Of a stretch of DNA of 64,000 nt, positions 20,301 through 31,093 are shown piece by piece. The notes beneath the pieces were generated by a model. That model had not been told where the DNA came from. It ran no database searches and saw only the letters and a list, made by a program, of their open reading frames with translations. Source of the stretch: Bacteroidota bacterium (lineage in GTDB: Bacteria; Bacteroidota; Bacteroidia; Palsa-965); contig JABDAO010000001.1 in NCBI GenBank assembly GCA_013289095.1, positions 31,223 to 95,222 of the forward strand, in the 5' to 3' direction. Position numbers and translations under genes: made by a program. Positions within the stretch are counted from its first letter, which is position 1. Each line of letters begins with the position of its first letter.

Positions 20301-20489
20301 TTGAACAATTTTATAGCCCATACCGATTTGGCCGATCTGAAACTACAGGCCCAGGATAAACTCAACAAAATACAGGAAGCCGAAAAAGCGAAGGCACTGG
20401 CAAAACCCGAAAAAGACATTACCATTCCGATGGATACTCCGGAAGATCAGAAACTGTTTGAGGACGATAAAAAAGAAACCCCGCAATGA
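17355..20489 (+). CDS. Large TPR-repeat periplasmic protein
   Basis: Signal peptide followed by ~1000 aa of TPR helices; sits between the ftsE-like gene and a barrel gene, a common Bacteroidota arrangement. Confidence 0.9.
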   Translation: MNKMSGVRWVLAVVLMCGFNQTLQAQKTAIYTDKDAEFKQGLDLFEKQQYASAQHCFIETTLGLTDRNTLVCSEADYYSALCSMELFHRDAEYLLKKFLKDHPESPRVKSVYLNLGRYNYRKKNYHDAIEWFNHVDSYDLNASERSEYYFKRGYSYLQNNSDEKAKTDFAEVKDEPGVYAVPALYYHAHVLYTEKSYESALQEFQKLIKDPTFGAVVPYYIAQIFYLQHKYEEVIQYAPDLLDSASTKRAPELARILGESYFKTNRYKEAIPYLERYHKSALLNRPDSYELGYAYFMSDNFDAALLSFKDAIGPDDSLSQNASYHLGCCYLKKNNKQLAQNAFSEASRMHFSREIREDALFSFAELTYELSYSPFNEAIKALQQYIAEYPGSPKADQAYAFLVKINLVTKNYEEALKSIESIKLLKEELKPVYQQIAYNRGVELYNNFEYDPAIALFRKAMKYPVDPVTNALGKYWTAEASYQKAERKPDPQLYETALDNYRLYMVAPGAPRTPMYNTVDYEIGYALFQLKQYPEAVIAFRKYVLQKEEPAEKRCNAYMRIGDGYYVTKDFLNAADYYDLAFSTKTDKGSEKDYALYHKGMAQGLEKKYEKKIATLVALLKLYPQSPYTVASKYEVAHTCQLIDKLDEAIPYYQSLITENNGSPYVRKSYDQLGLIYYNKNDYDNALQSYEKVVSMNINSEEAINDIPQIQHIYEDIKKDPEGYATWLKQHGRDVAASHLDSATYQIANRYYTDGDCGKAVEALGKYISKYPSGIFCTESNFMNAECKLKNKDLDGALGGYSYVLNQPSGKYTEPSLRRAAAICFNKGDFKTAYDDYSKLEAWPQDANDARIGMMRAAWALKDYDNAPIAANKILTSDNVSADLATEAHLVLARSAMQKQNTDLAYNEYALAKAGSKNENGAEAAYNIALIQNIRKDYKLSEKSVFEIMKEQAGYKVWVGKSFLLLSDNYIALNDTFQAKYVLNNFIAHTDLADLKLQAQDKLNKIQEAEKAKALAKPEKDITIPMDTPEDQKLFEDDKKETPQ

Positions 20490-22174
20490 TGAACGCAACG
20501 AAATGGATACTCGTCCTGGTGTTTGTTGGTTTCGGCGCAACGACCCGTGCACAGAACGCTCCGATACCCGATGATCAGATAAAGACCATTGTCATTTCTG
20601 AATACATCCCTTCGATCAATGATCATCCGAAAAAAATTACGGAAACCCCCTCTATTCTCGATACCGTTGTGCATGCACCAAATACCGAGTACAAACTTGT
20701 TCCACGAAAATTCGACACCTACTACGCCGTTGACCCAATCAAGTCGGCAAAGATGGAAGGCGAACGTTTGGATGCATTAAATAAATTATACCTTAAAGGC
20801 GGGATAGGGAATTATCTGAGCGCTTATGGAGAAGGATTTTACAGCGCCGGACGTTCGAAAGACGATGACTACGGCATCCATGTCAGGCATTTCTCCTCTT
20901 CTTCGTCCGTGGGCGGCACACCAGGGTTTAGCGGGTACAGCGATGATGATGTGAACCTGTTTGGAACGAAATTCATCGGAAAACACTCGCTCGATGCCGA
21001 CATTAATTATACACGCAACTCCGTGTATTTTTATGGCGATGACCTGGGCAGTTTCCAGCATGCCAAAGACTCTATTCATCAGTATTTCAATTGTGTTTCG
21101 GCCAATCTTGCCCTGCTCAGCCATTATCCCGACTCAACCAAGCTCAACCACAGTGTGAAGCTGAACTATTATTTCATGGACGATCATTACAAAACCAGCG
21201 AAAATAATCTAAAAGTTTCGGGTACTATGTGGCGTTACCTCCACGACGAGTTGGTTGGCATGGATCTCTCGGCTGATTACTACAGCGATCATGCCTTGCG
21301 TGACACAAACACCATGACCATCCTCCACCTCCACCCCTATATGGCTGCGGAAGGCGAAAAATGGGAAGTGAAAGTGGGTCTTTCGGCCTATGCCGAATTT
21401 AGCAAACAAGCCCCGTTTTATTCATTCATGCCCGATGCCGAGGCCAGTTATGACATTTACAAACACATTCTGACCCCATACGTTGCTTTCGAGGACGGCG
21501 ACGTACGGAACAGTTACCGCTACCTGACATCCGAAAACCCGTTTGTAAACCCCGATGTTGTGGGAGGCATTCAAAACACACGGTATAAATACTCGGTCGT
21601 TGGGGGATTGCGTGGAGTGCTGAGCTCAAGCTTATCGTACGATGCACATGCATCCTTTGGAGAGGTTGAAAATGCGGCATTCTTCGTGAATGACACAGCT
21701 GATGCGCAGCACAATAAATTTACCGTTGTTTACGACGACGGGACCCTGTTCAAGGCCCATGGCGAAATCGGGTACCAGAAAACAGAAAAGCTCCATTTCC
21801 TGGTGAAGGCCGATTATATAAAATATTTCCTCTATCATGAATTGCATCAATGGCATACCCCGACAACACGCCTGACACTCAGCGCCAACTATAACCTCCG
21901 CGAAAAATTTCTGATCAAGGCCGATCTGTTTGCATTGAACGAGCAATATGCACCCGTTTATGCCCGCAGCGCCGGAGCCCCACATGCAGTGACGCTTACC
22001 ACCAAGACCCTGGGCCCCTTGGTGGATGCAAACCTGGGTGTAGAATACCGTTACTCAAAATATCTTTCGGCCTTTCTGACCTGCAATAATATCGGGGCCT
22101 TAAAATATTATCAATGGAATGACTACCCTACCCAGGCCTTCAATTTACTTTTGGGTATCTCCTACATTTTCTAG
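20486..22174 (+). CDS. TonB-dependent-receptor-like outer-membrane beta-barrel
   Basis: Signal peptide, amphipathic strands, terminal GISYIF; overlaps the TPR gene stop (ATGA). Confidence 0.78.
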   Translation: MMNATKWILVLVFVGFGATTRAQNAPIPDDQIKTIVISEYIPSINDHPKKITETPSILDTVVHAPNTEYKLVPRKFDTYYAVDPIKSAKMEGERLDALNKLYLKGGIGNYLSAYGEGFYSAGRSKDDDYGIHVRHFSSSSSVGGTPGFSGYSDDDVNLFGTKFIGKHSLDADINYTRNSVYFYGDDLGSFQHAKDSIHQYFNCVSANLALLSHYPDSTKLNHSVKLNYYFMDDHYKTSENNLKVSGTMWRYLHDELVGMDLSADYYSDHALRDTNTMTILHLHPYMAAEGEKWEVKVGLSAYAEFSKQAPFYSFMPDAEASYDIYKHILTPYVAFEDGDVRNSYRYLTSENPFVNPDVVGGIQNTRYKYSVVGGLRGVLSSSLSYDAHASFGEVENAAFFVNDTADAQHNKFTVVYDDGTLFKAHGEIGYQKTEKLHFLVKADYIKYFLYHELHQWHTPTTRLTLSANYNLREKFLIKADLFALNEQYAPVYARSAGAPHAVTLTTKTLGPLVDANLGVEYRYSKYLSAFLTCNNIGALKYYQWNDYPTQAFNLLLGISYIF

Positions 22175-22425
22175 CCTGGTTTGAGCCTGGCATTGCATGC
22201 AATTACCACTTGATAATTTTGATGAGGGGCAGCAGATCAGGACTGATACCGGTTAGATTAAACCGAGGCGGATCAAGAAGTAAATCCTACAAAATTTAGT
22301 ATATTTTCTATTTACTCTTTCCTGCACGGATTACCAAGCATATAGTCTTGTTTTTTATGAACAAATGTTCATAAAACAAGAGCATTTTCACCCCCTTCCG
22401 CACCTTCTAAACCCTTAATATTCAC

Positions 22426-22433
22426 TATATTTG
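22426..22433 (+). promoter_or_regulatory. -7 promoter element (TATATTTG) of gyrB
   Basis: TAnnTTTG about 40 nt upstream of the ATG. Confidence 0.55.
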
Positions 22434-22441
22434 AAGGATAA

Positions 22442-24442
<2,001 letters not shown>

Positions 24443-24462
24443 CCGGATCAATTCAAAAAAAG

Positions 24463-24494
24463 AAGCCCTTCTGATCATCAGGAGGGCTTTTTTT
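24463..24494 (+). terminator. Intrinsic terminator of gyrB
   Basis: AAGCCCTTCTGAT-C-ATCAGGAGGGCTT followed by a T run. Confidence 0.8.
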
Positions 24495-24532
24495 GGGCGG
24501 TTAAAATCAACAATGTCAATCCCTGTTCCACG

Positions 24533-24576
24533 AAACGAAAAAGCCCTGCTCCGTAAGAGCAAGGGCTTTTTCGTTT
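24533..24576 (-). terminator. Intrinsic (bidirectional) terminator after the T9SS cargo gene
   Basis: AAACGAAAAAGCCCTGCTC...GAGCAAGGGCTTTTTCGTTT hairpin. Confidence 0.75.
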
Positions 24577-24589
24577 TAAAGAACAATGG

Positions 24590-27500
24590 CTATTTCATCA
24601 GATTCAGCATCCCGGTATAAACATGTTTGTTGCCCTGGAAGTCGAGTACATTCACCCGGTAAACATAGACATCTATCTGGGAAATATTGGGGCCATGGTT
24701 GGCTCTTCCATCCCAGCCTTCATCCCATACCGTACTTTCGTACAACTCATTTCCCCAGCGGTCGAAAATGTATAAAGTATATTGGCTGAAATCAATTCCG
24801 ATCCCGTTCGGACGCCAGACATCGTTATGCCCATCGCCGTTTGGAGTAAAGGCATCGGGAGCATAGAATTCATATTCAGGCTGGATGCATACTTCCGAAT
24901 GTGTTGAATCTTTACATCCGAATGCGTTTTGAACGTACAGGGTCACCCGATAGCATCCTGTGTCCGGGTAGGTATAATGTGTATTCTGCAAAGTATCGCC
25001 GGCGTTGACCACATCACCGAAGTTCCACGTCCATTTGTTGGCTCCAATACTGGTATTTGTAAAAGCGATAGAGGGATTAACGATGGAGGCAACGGCAGGG
25101 GTAGCGTTAAATGCTGCGATCGGCACCGGAAATTCAGTCATGTATCCCGGCTTACTGGTAACCGAAGTACAACCATGAATATCTTGTATCGTCAGTCCGA
25201 CGGTAAAGAAGGTAGCCACGGTGTCAGAAGGGTAACAGTGGTGTATCACACCACAACCGCTGCCCGTCGTACCATCGCCAAACACCCACTGAGCGCTTTG
25301 ACAGGCCGGCGTGGAAGTGGCCTGGAAGTTGGCGCAGAGCGGCGAGCAGCCAATTGTATCGGTAGCTGTAAAGGAGATGATCGGAGGGGCATACAGGGTG
25401 ATGGTCACAAATGCCGAATCTGAAGGTGTGCCGCAGTTATCTGTCACATGTACCGTATAGGTGGTGGCAATGGCAGGTGTTGCAGTTGGGGTAGCTGTAT
25501 TGGCCCCGGTTAAATTTGCTCCGGGTGTCCATACATACGTGTATTGATTATCCCCACCTGTAGCGCTTGCAAAAAGCGCAGTGGAATTACCCGGACAGAT
25601 TGAGGTATCATTCGAGACCGCGACAGTAAGCGACGGGTTTACCGTTACCTGTACATTTACCAGGGTGCTTGCACACTGGTTGGCATCGGTACAAACAACC
25701 ATATAACTGGAGGTAACCAGGGGCGAAACAGGAGGCGTTACCGGGGCCCCGGCCGAATTGATCCAGGCATAGGTATAGCCAGGTGTGCCTCCAGCGCCTT
25801 GTGCAATAAGGGGGGTATTTTGCGAGATACAAATGGTAGCGGCAGTAGTGGTTACCGTCACCGCAGTCGGCTGGGTGATCTGTATGGTTTGAGCATTAAA
25901 ACAGCCACTTGCATCCTTGATCGTGCAGGTATAAAATCCTGCTCCCAAACCGGTGGCGGTAGCGGTAGTATTTCCGCCTGGCACCCATGAATAAGTGTAA
26001 GGTGCAGCGCCACCAACAACACCGGCAGTGGCAGACCCATTGATACCATTAAAACAGCTGTCGTTTACAGAGGCAAGGATGGAAACCGTAATGCCAGGGA
26101 GGTTATGCACGGTGGAGGTGTCATGTACCTGACAGTTTTTGGAATCGGTTACGGTGATGGTATAGACCCCGGGAACCAGATTGTCATAACCGGGTGTTGC
26201 ACTACCGGGCGTTGGAGTCCAGGAATAGGTGTAAGGCACGGTGCCACCGGCAACACTCACAGAATCGGAGCCATCGGGCAGGTTGCAATTTGCACTCTTC
26301 GGAAACAGGGTGAGCGCCATGGCAGCAGGCTGACCCACTACGGTAGTACCCGGAATGGTACATCCCGAGGCATCGGTAACCGTGATATTATAATTTCCTG
26401 CACAGATGTTATTGCAGCTCGGCGTGGTACAACCCGAATTCCAGGAATAAGTATACGGACTCGTACCTCCGGCAGGAATACAAATAAGCTGTCCGTTGCA
26501 CCCCCCGTTGCAACTGGCATTGATCCCTGCAACATTGATGGTCAGGGCAAGTGGTTGCAGGACGCTGTCGATTTGCGTAGCCGTACATCCTTTGGAATCG
26601 GTCATGGTGCAGGTATAATTACCGGCGCAAAGAGCTGTGGCCGAGGCGGCAGCGCCTCCGGATGGGGCCCAGGCATAGGTATAGGGAAGTGTGCCTCCGG
26701 TGGCGTTCACATTCGCCACACCATTACAGAGCCCGTTGCAGGTGATATTTGTTTTTGTTCCCGTACTTGCCAGTACGGCTGGCTGGTTGATATTTTGACT
26801 GGCCGAAACTTTACATCCGTTGGCATCGGTCACAGAAACAGTATACAAACCAAAGGTCAGTCCATTTTCTACATTCGTAATCCCGGCCCCGGGGGTCCAG
26901 GAATAAGTAAGAGGAGCCGCCCCACCGGTAACAGTAGCTGTGATGGAGCCATTGTTCCCCCCAAAACAGGTCACGTTTGTAAAGGCCGAAATGACCATCG
27001 TCGGGCCACCGGTATTGCTTACGTTTACGGTGGCCGTTTGCGAGCAACCGCCAGAAGTAACTGTTACGGAGTAGGCTCCTGCCGGAATATTAGTCAATGT
27101 GGCAGCAGTACCGGCAACCGGGCTCCAGGAATAGGTGAAAGGCCCGGCTCCGGGAGCTGTAACGGTGGCAGAGCCATCGCTCTGGCCACAGGTGGCTCCT
27201 ACAAACGAAGTAGTCAAGACGGGCGGTGCACCCACGGTAATCGTACTCGTGGCAGTGCCCGTACAAGCTCCGGCAGTTCCGGTAACGGTATAGGTAGTAG
27301 TACCTGTTGGTGTTGCAACAACCGTGGCGCCGGTTGAGGCGCTGAGTGTACCGGCCGGGCTCCAGCTATACGTTGTTGCCCCAGCGGCGGTAAGCGTTAC
27401 AGTGCCTCCTGGACAAACAGTGGAGGTAAGTGGGGTTACGGTAACAGGCGCTGCTCCTACGGTAACCGTGGCAGTAGCAGTACCGGTACAACCTCCGCTG

Positions 27501-28642
27501 GTTCCGGTAACAGTATAGGTAGTTGTCCCGTTAGGCGGGGTGGCTACAACGGTAGCGCCGGTTGATGAACTCAGGGTACCAGCCGGGCTCCAGCTATACG
27601 TAGTGGCTCCGGCAGCGGTGAGGCTAACGGTTCCTCCATTACACAAGGTGGTGGTTACAGGCGTCACCGTGACGGCTGTTCCGCCTACGGTTACGGTTAC
27701 ATTGCTGGTCAAATTTATCACAGAACCATCGCAACTTGTATTTTTAAGATTTGCTGTATATGTTGTGGTTGTAGTTGGACAAACGTTTATAGTGGGGGTT
27801 GTTCCGATGCTCGTTCCGGCTGCATTCGTCCAGTTTAAGGTATAGCTCGGAGCCCCTGTAGGCGAAAATCGCCAGCCTTCGTTGGTGGCCGACCATTGTG
27901 TACTGTTGCGTCCGGGCACGGTAACACAACTGGTATAGGTCGTATTCTGAATCCCTAAAATACCAGCCCCCGCATTCCAGCTGGCGCAGAGTGGCCTGCT
28001 TTGAATATAGACATCAATATAATTGGTTGTTTCGTTTAGTACACACTGCTGTGTAGCGATGAGGTTGTTGCAGGAATAATCGGGTACCACATCCCAGTTG
28101 ATGACAAACTGACGGCAGGGAGCAGTTCCATAGATAGCCCATGTAATATTGCCCGACACGGCCGGATCAATATCGACGTAGGGAGCCATAATATTGGTAG
28201 GGTAGCTTGAATTCGGGATCGGTCCGGGCGACTGGCTCCAGGGATCGGTGTTGTTGGCCTGGGTCAGATCGAATGTAATATCACCATTTGCACCAATCAC
28301 TAATTGATTATAGGAGGTGCCATAATAACAAAAGTTAAAGGGGATGTTAAGAACAGGTGAGAACCAATCATCAATTCCAATCAAAACTGCCGTTCCGGCA
28401 GTAAATGAAGTAGGATTATAGGGAATCGCCGCCACCGAATAAGAGGCCGTACCCAAAGTGCCCTGAACAGTGGTAGTAAGGTTGGTGCAATTTCCGGGAC
28501 AAACCGTAGAAGGGCTGCCAACAGCAATCGAGGCCGCAACTTCGGGACATCCCGTTGTCTGAGAATAAATCCCAAACGGGAGAAAAAGAAGGCACGCAAA
28601 CACGATGAGTTGCGCGACGAAGGAATGTCTTCCTGACTTCAT
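24590..28642 (-). CDS. T9SS-secreted surface protein with type B CTD, SprB-like repeats and PKD domains
   Basis: Signal peptide; repeated C.G..NG...GG..PYTYSW; WNFGD (PKD); C-terminal PDAFTPNGDGHND..IFDRWG..WDG. Confidence 0.92.
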   Translation of the reverse strand: MKSGRHSFVAQLIVFACLLFLPFGIYSQTTGCPEVAASIAVGSPSTVCPGNCTNLTTTVQGTLGTASYSVAAIPYNPTSFTAGTAVLIGIDDWFSPVLNIPFNFCYYGTSYNQLVIGANGDITFDLTQANNTDPWSQSPGPIPNSSYPTNIMAPYVDIDPAVSGNITWAIYGTAPCRQFVINWDVVPDYSCNNLIATQQCVLNETTNYIDVYIQSRPLCASWNAGAGILGIQNTTYTSCVTVPGRNSTQWSATNEGWRFSPTGAPSYTLNWTNAAGTSIGTTPTINVCPTTTTTYTANLKNTSCDGSVINLTSNVTVTVGGTAVTVTPVTTTLCNGGTVSLTAAGATTYSWSPAGTLSSSTGATVVATPPNGTTTYTVTGTSGGCTGTATATVTVGAAPVTVTPLTSTVCPGGTVTLTAAGATTYSWSPAGTLSASTGATVVATPTGTTTYTVTGTAGACTGTATSTITVGAPPVLTTSFVGATCGQSDGSATVTAPGAGPFTYSWSPVAGTAATLTNIPAGAYSVTVTSGGCSQTATVNVSNTGGPTMVISAFTNVTCFGGNNGSITATVTGGAAPLTYSWTPGAGITNVENGLTFGLYTVSVTDANGCKVSASQNINQPAVLASTGTKTNITCNGLCNGVANVNATGGTLPYTYAWAPSGGAAASATALCAGNYTCTMTDSKGCTATQIDSVLQPLALTINVAGINASCNGGCNGQLICIPAGGTSPYTYSWNSGCTTPSCNNICAGNYNITVTDASGCTIPGTTVVGQPAAMALTLFPKSANCNLPDGSDSVSVAGGTVPYTYSWTPTPGSATPGYDNLVPGVYTITVTDSKNCQVHDTSTVHNLPGITVSILASVNDSCFNGINGSATAGVVGGAAPYTYSWVPGGNTTATATGLGAGFYTCTIKDASGCFNAQTIQITQPTAVTVTTTAATICISQNTPLIAQGAGGTPGYTYAWINSAGAPVTPPVSPLVTSSYMVVCTDANQCASTLVNVQVTVNPSLTVAVSNDTSICPGNSTALFASATGGDNQYTYVWTPGANLTGANTATPTATPAIATTYTVHVTDNCGTPSDSAFVTITLYAPPIISFTATDTIGCSPLCANFQATSTPACQSAQWVFGDGTTGSGCGVIHHCYPSDTVATFFTVGLTIQDIHGCTSVTSKPGYMTEFPVPIAAFNATPAVASIVNPSIAFTNTSIGANKWTWNFGDVVNAGDTLQNTHYTYPDTGCYRVTLYVQNAFGCKDSTHSEVCIQPEYEFYAPDAFTPNGDGHNDVWRPNGIGIDFSQYTLYIFDRWGNELYESTVWDEGWDGRANHGPNISQIDVYVYRVNVLDFQGNKHVYTGMLNLMK

Positions 28643-29102
28643 TTATTCAAGGATAACTGGAGACGTTGGAATTACTATTGGTACTACAAGTTCGGAATAA
28701 AACAGAACAGCGCAAAGAGAATCAGTGTTTTTAGACGAACATCAATTATTTTATGACGAATCTCGTATTTTTTATGTCCAATATTGAGAATTGAAAAAAA
28801 AAACACGACTGATTTATGCATTCTATCCGGCAAAGCTTTATACAGCTAATTTTATAAGCAGCTGATTTCTACATCACTTTCTATTCCTTTGTACAGGAAA
28901 TGGGTCCAAGTTATTCGTCTGTTATTGTGAATTGGTGAAAATACCGCTGACATTTTTACTGCCGGAGACAGCGTATGTGTGCGGATTTCTCGTTTCAAAT
29001 CCTGAAGTTCAGAACTGATCTAATCATGGATTCGGTGGGTTCTGCATTCACTCCCTTATTTCAAAAGAAGTTTTTGTACAGCTACCGTTTTATCGGTAGT
29101 TA

Positions 29103-29382
29103 GGGTTCACTCAAAAGGTCGGCAATCTAGTGGAGGACTTTTTGAGTGAACACTAAGTAACCCCGCGCTTTAGCGCGGGGTATAAATACCCCACATCCGC
29201 GGGCTTTAGCCCAATAAGCATGCACCTGGCGTTCTCTTTTGGGCTGAAGCCCAACGTTCAAAGGGATGACATACCCCGCGCTAAAGCGCGGGGTTACTAA
29301 TTGATGCAGGTAACGTACCTTTTAATAGGTTGATAAATACACGCAAGGAAGCCTATCGTGTTCTGACTTTTTGAGTGAACCC
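29103..29382. mobile_element. Non-autonomous element, family B copy 1
   Basis: TIR GGGTTCACTCAAAA / TTTTGAGTGAACCC flanked by TA; the first 36 bp match the reverse complement of 47687-47722 at 35/36. Confidence 0.8.
29154..29300. repeat. REPIN-like element (family C) nested in B1
   Basis: AGTAACCCCGCGCTTTAGCGCGGG ... CCCCGCGCTAAAGCGCGGGGTTACT with inner GGGCTTTAGCCC / GGGCTGAAGCCC hairpins. Confidence 0.8.
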
Positions 29383-29472
29383 TAATTAATATTTACCCGA
29401 ATCTCGCTCAAAACATGAATCTTTTCTACCTTAGCTACCGATTATTCAGAACATCATCTAAACTATCAAGCT

Positions 29473-30414
29473 ATGAAAGTTACCGTAGTAGGAGCAGGAA
29501 ACGTAGGAGCTACATGCGCCGATGTAATTGCCCACAAAGAGTTGGCCAATGAGGTTGTATTGGTTGACATCAAAGAAAATTTTGCCGAAGGAAAAGCGCT
29601 GGACATCTGGCAGACCGCTCCGATCAATATGTACGATACCCGGATAACCGGATCGACCAACGATTACTCAAAAACAGCAAACTCAGATGTGGTGGTGATC
29701 ACCTCCGGTCTTCCGCGTAAGCCCGGCATGAGTCGTGATGACCTTATTTCGACAAACGCCGGGATTGTAAAAAGCGTGACCGAAAACATCATCAAGCATT
29801 CTCCAAAAGCAATCATCATCATCGTATCCAATCCGCTGGATGTAATGACCTATTGTGCCTACCTGACCGCTAAAATTGATTCAAAACGCGTGTTTGGTAT
29901 GGCCGGCATACTCGACACCGCACGTTACCGCGCATTCCTGGCCGAGGCCCTGAACTGCTCGCCGAAAGATATACAGGCTGTGTTGATGGGCGGGCATGGT
30001 GATACCATGGTTCCACTCCCCCGTTACACCACCGTAGGCGGGATTCCGGTTACCGAACTCATCTCCAAAGAAAAACTGGATGCCATCATCGAACGCACCA
30101 AAAAAGGCGGGGGCGAAATCGTCAACCTGCTCGGCACATCGGCCTGGTATGCTCCCGGAGCTGCTGCTGCACAGATGGTGGAAGCCATCCTACGCGACCA
30201 GAAACGCATCTTCCCGGTCTGCGCGATGCTGAACGGTGAATATGGCCTGAAAAATATCTACCTCGGAGTTCCGGTGAAACTGGGCAAGAACGGTATCGAA
30301 GAAATCATAGAACTGAAACTGAACAAGGAAGAAAAAGAACTGCTCGATGCTTCGGCAAAATCGGTCAAGGAAGTCATGACTGTGCTTGACAACATGAATA
30401 TGGCAGTTAAATAG
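29473..30414 (+). CDS. mdh: Malate dehydrogenase
   Basis: VVGAGNVGAT, GLPRKPGMSRDDL, VSNPLD, GGHGDTMVP, GGGEIV. Confidence 0.96.
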   Translation: MKVTVVGAGNVGATCADVIAHKELANEVVLVDIKENFAEGKALDIWQTAPINMYDTRITGSTNDYSKTANSDVVVITSGLPRKPGMSRDDLISTNAGIVKSVTENIIKHSPKAIIIIVSNPLDVMTYCAYLTAKIDSKRVFGMAGILDTARYRAFLAEALNCSPKDIQAVLMGGHGDTMVPLPRYTTVGGIPVTELISKEKLDAIIERTKKGGGEIVNLLGTSAWYAPGAAAAQMVEAILRDQKRIFPVCAMLNGEYGLKNIYLGVPVKLGKNGIEEIIELKLNKEEKELLDASAKSVKEVMTVLDNMNMAVK

Positions 30415-30434
30415 CCCGGCCCCGCTTTAATAAC

Positions 30435-30466
30435 AACGTCCCGGTATCCCCGGGACGTTTTTTTTT
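30435..30466 (+). terminator. Intrinsic terminator of mdh
   Basis: AACGTCCCGG...CCGGGACGTT followed by a T run. Confidence 0.85.
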
Positions 30467-30595
30467 GCCTCCTCTTTATTTCTGGATAACTGTCAATTAT
30501 CAGACAAAACCGATACCCTGGTTTTGCAAAACATACATTATTCTTCGTAAATTCGTTTAAATTGTGATGTCCTGTTTGTTCTGATTAGCTGAAAT

Positions 30596-31081
30596 ATGGG
30601 GAAATCTGTTTTAAAAATTCGTTTTGTCAGGCTAAATGATTTTGGTTGTCATTTGCTCATCCGGGTTAAAATCAATGAAAAACCTGCCACCCTTCTTATC
30701 GACACCGGTGCATCCAATACGGTATTCGACAAAGCCCGTATTGAGACCCTCATGGGCGTTTCAAGGTTCAAGGCCAACCGCCGAAAGAGCACAGGGTTAG
30801 GCACCAACTCCATGGAAAGCCATGAGGTGAGCCTGGCTTCTTTTGAGCTTGGGACGCTCGTCCTTCTGGATTATTATACCATCGCCCTCGATCTGAGCCA
30901 TGTAAACCATTCGTATAAAAAGATGAAGATCAAACCAATTGACGGGGTGCTCGGAAGCGATCTGCTCAGCCGTTTTCATGCCGTTGTTGATTATAAACAG
31001 AAGACATTGACCCTGGAATTTCCTGTAGCCACCATCGTGGCAAAAAAGCCGGCAAGAAGAAAAAGACCCGTTCTTTCATAA
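30596..31081 (+). CDS. Retropepsin-like (clan AA) aspartic protease
   Basis: LLIDTGAS and DGVLGSDLL motifs. Confidence 0.88.
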   Translation: MGKSVLKIRFVRLNDFGCHLLIRVKINEKPATLLIDTGASNTVFDKARIETLMGVSRFKANRRKSTGLGTNSMESHEVSLASFELGTLVLLDYYTIALDLSHVNHSYKKMKIKPIDGVLGSDLLSRFHAVVDYKQKTLTLEFPVATIVAKKPARRKRPVLS

Positions 31082-31093
31082 AAGGGATTCTTT

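Noticed and set aside
28902..28917. GGGTCCAAGTTATTCG resembles an inverted family-A right end (12/16)
   Set aside because: I found no partner end or 8-bp duplication; it may be chance or a relic.
30596..31081. Retropepsin-like protease as a retroelement remnant
   Set aside because: Stand-alone clan AA proteases are common in bacteria, and no reverse transcriptase or integrase is nearby.
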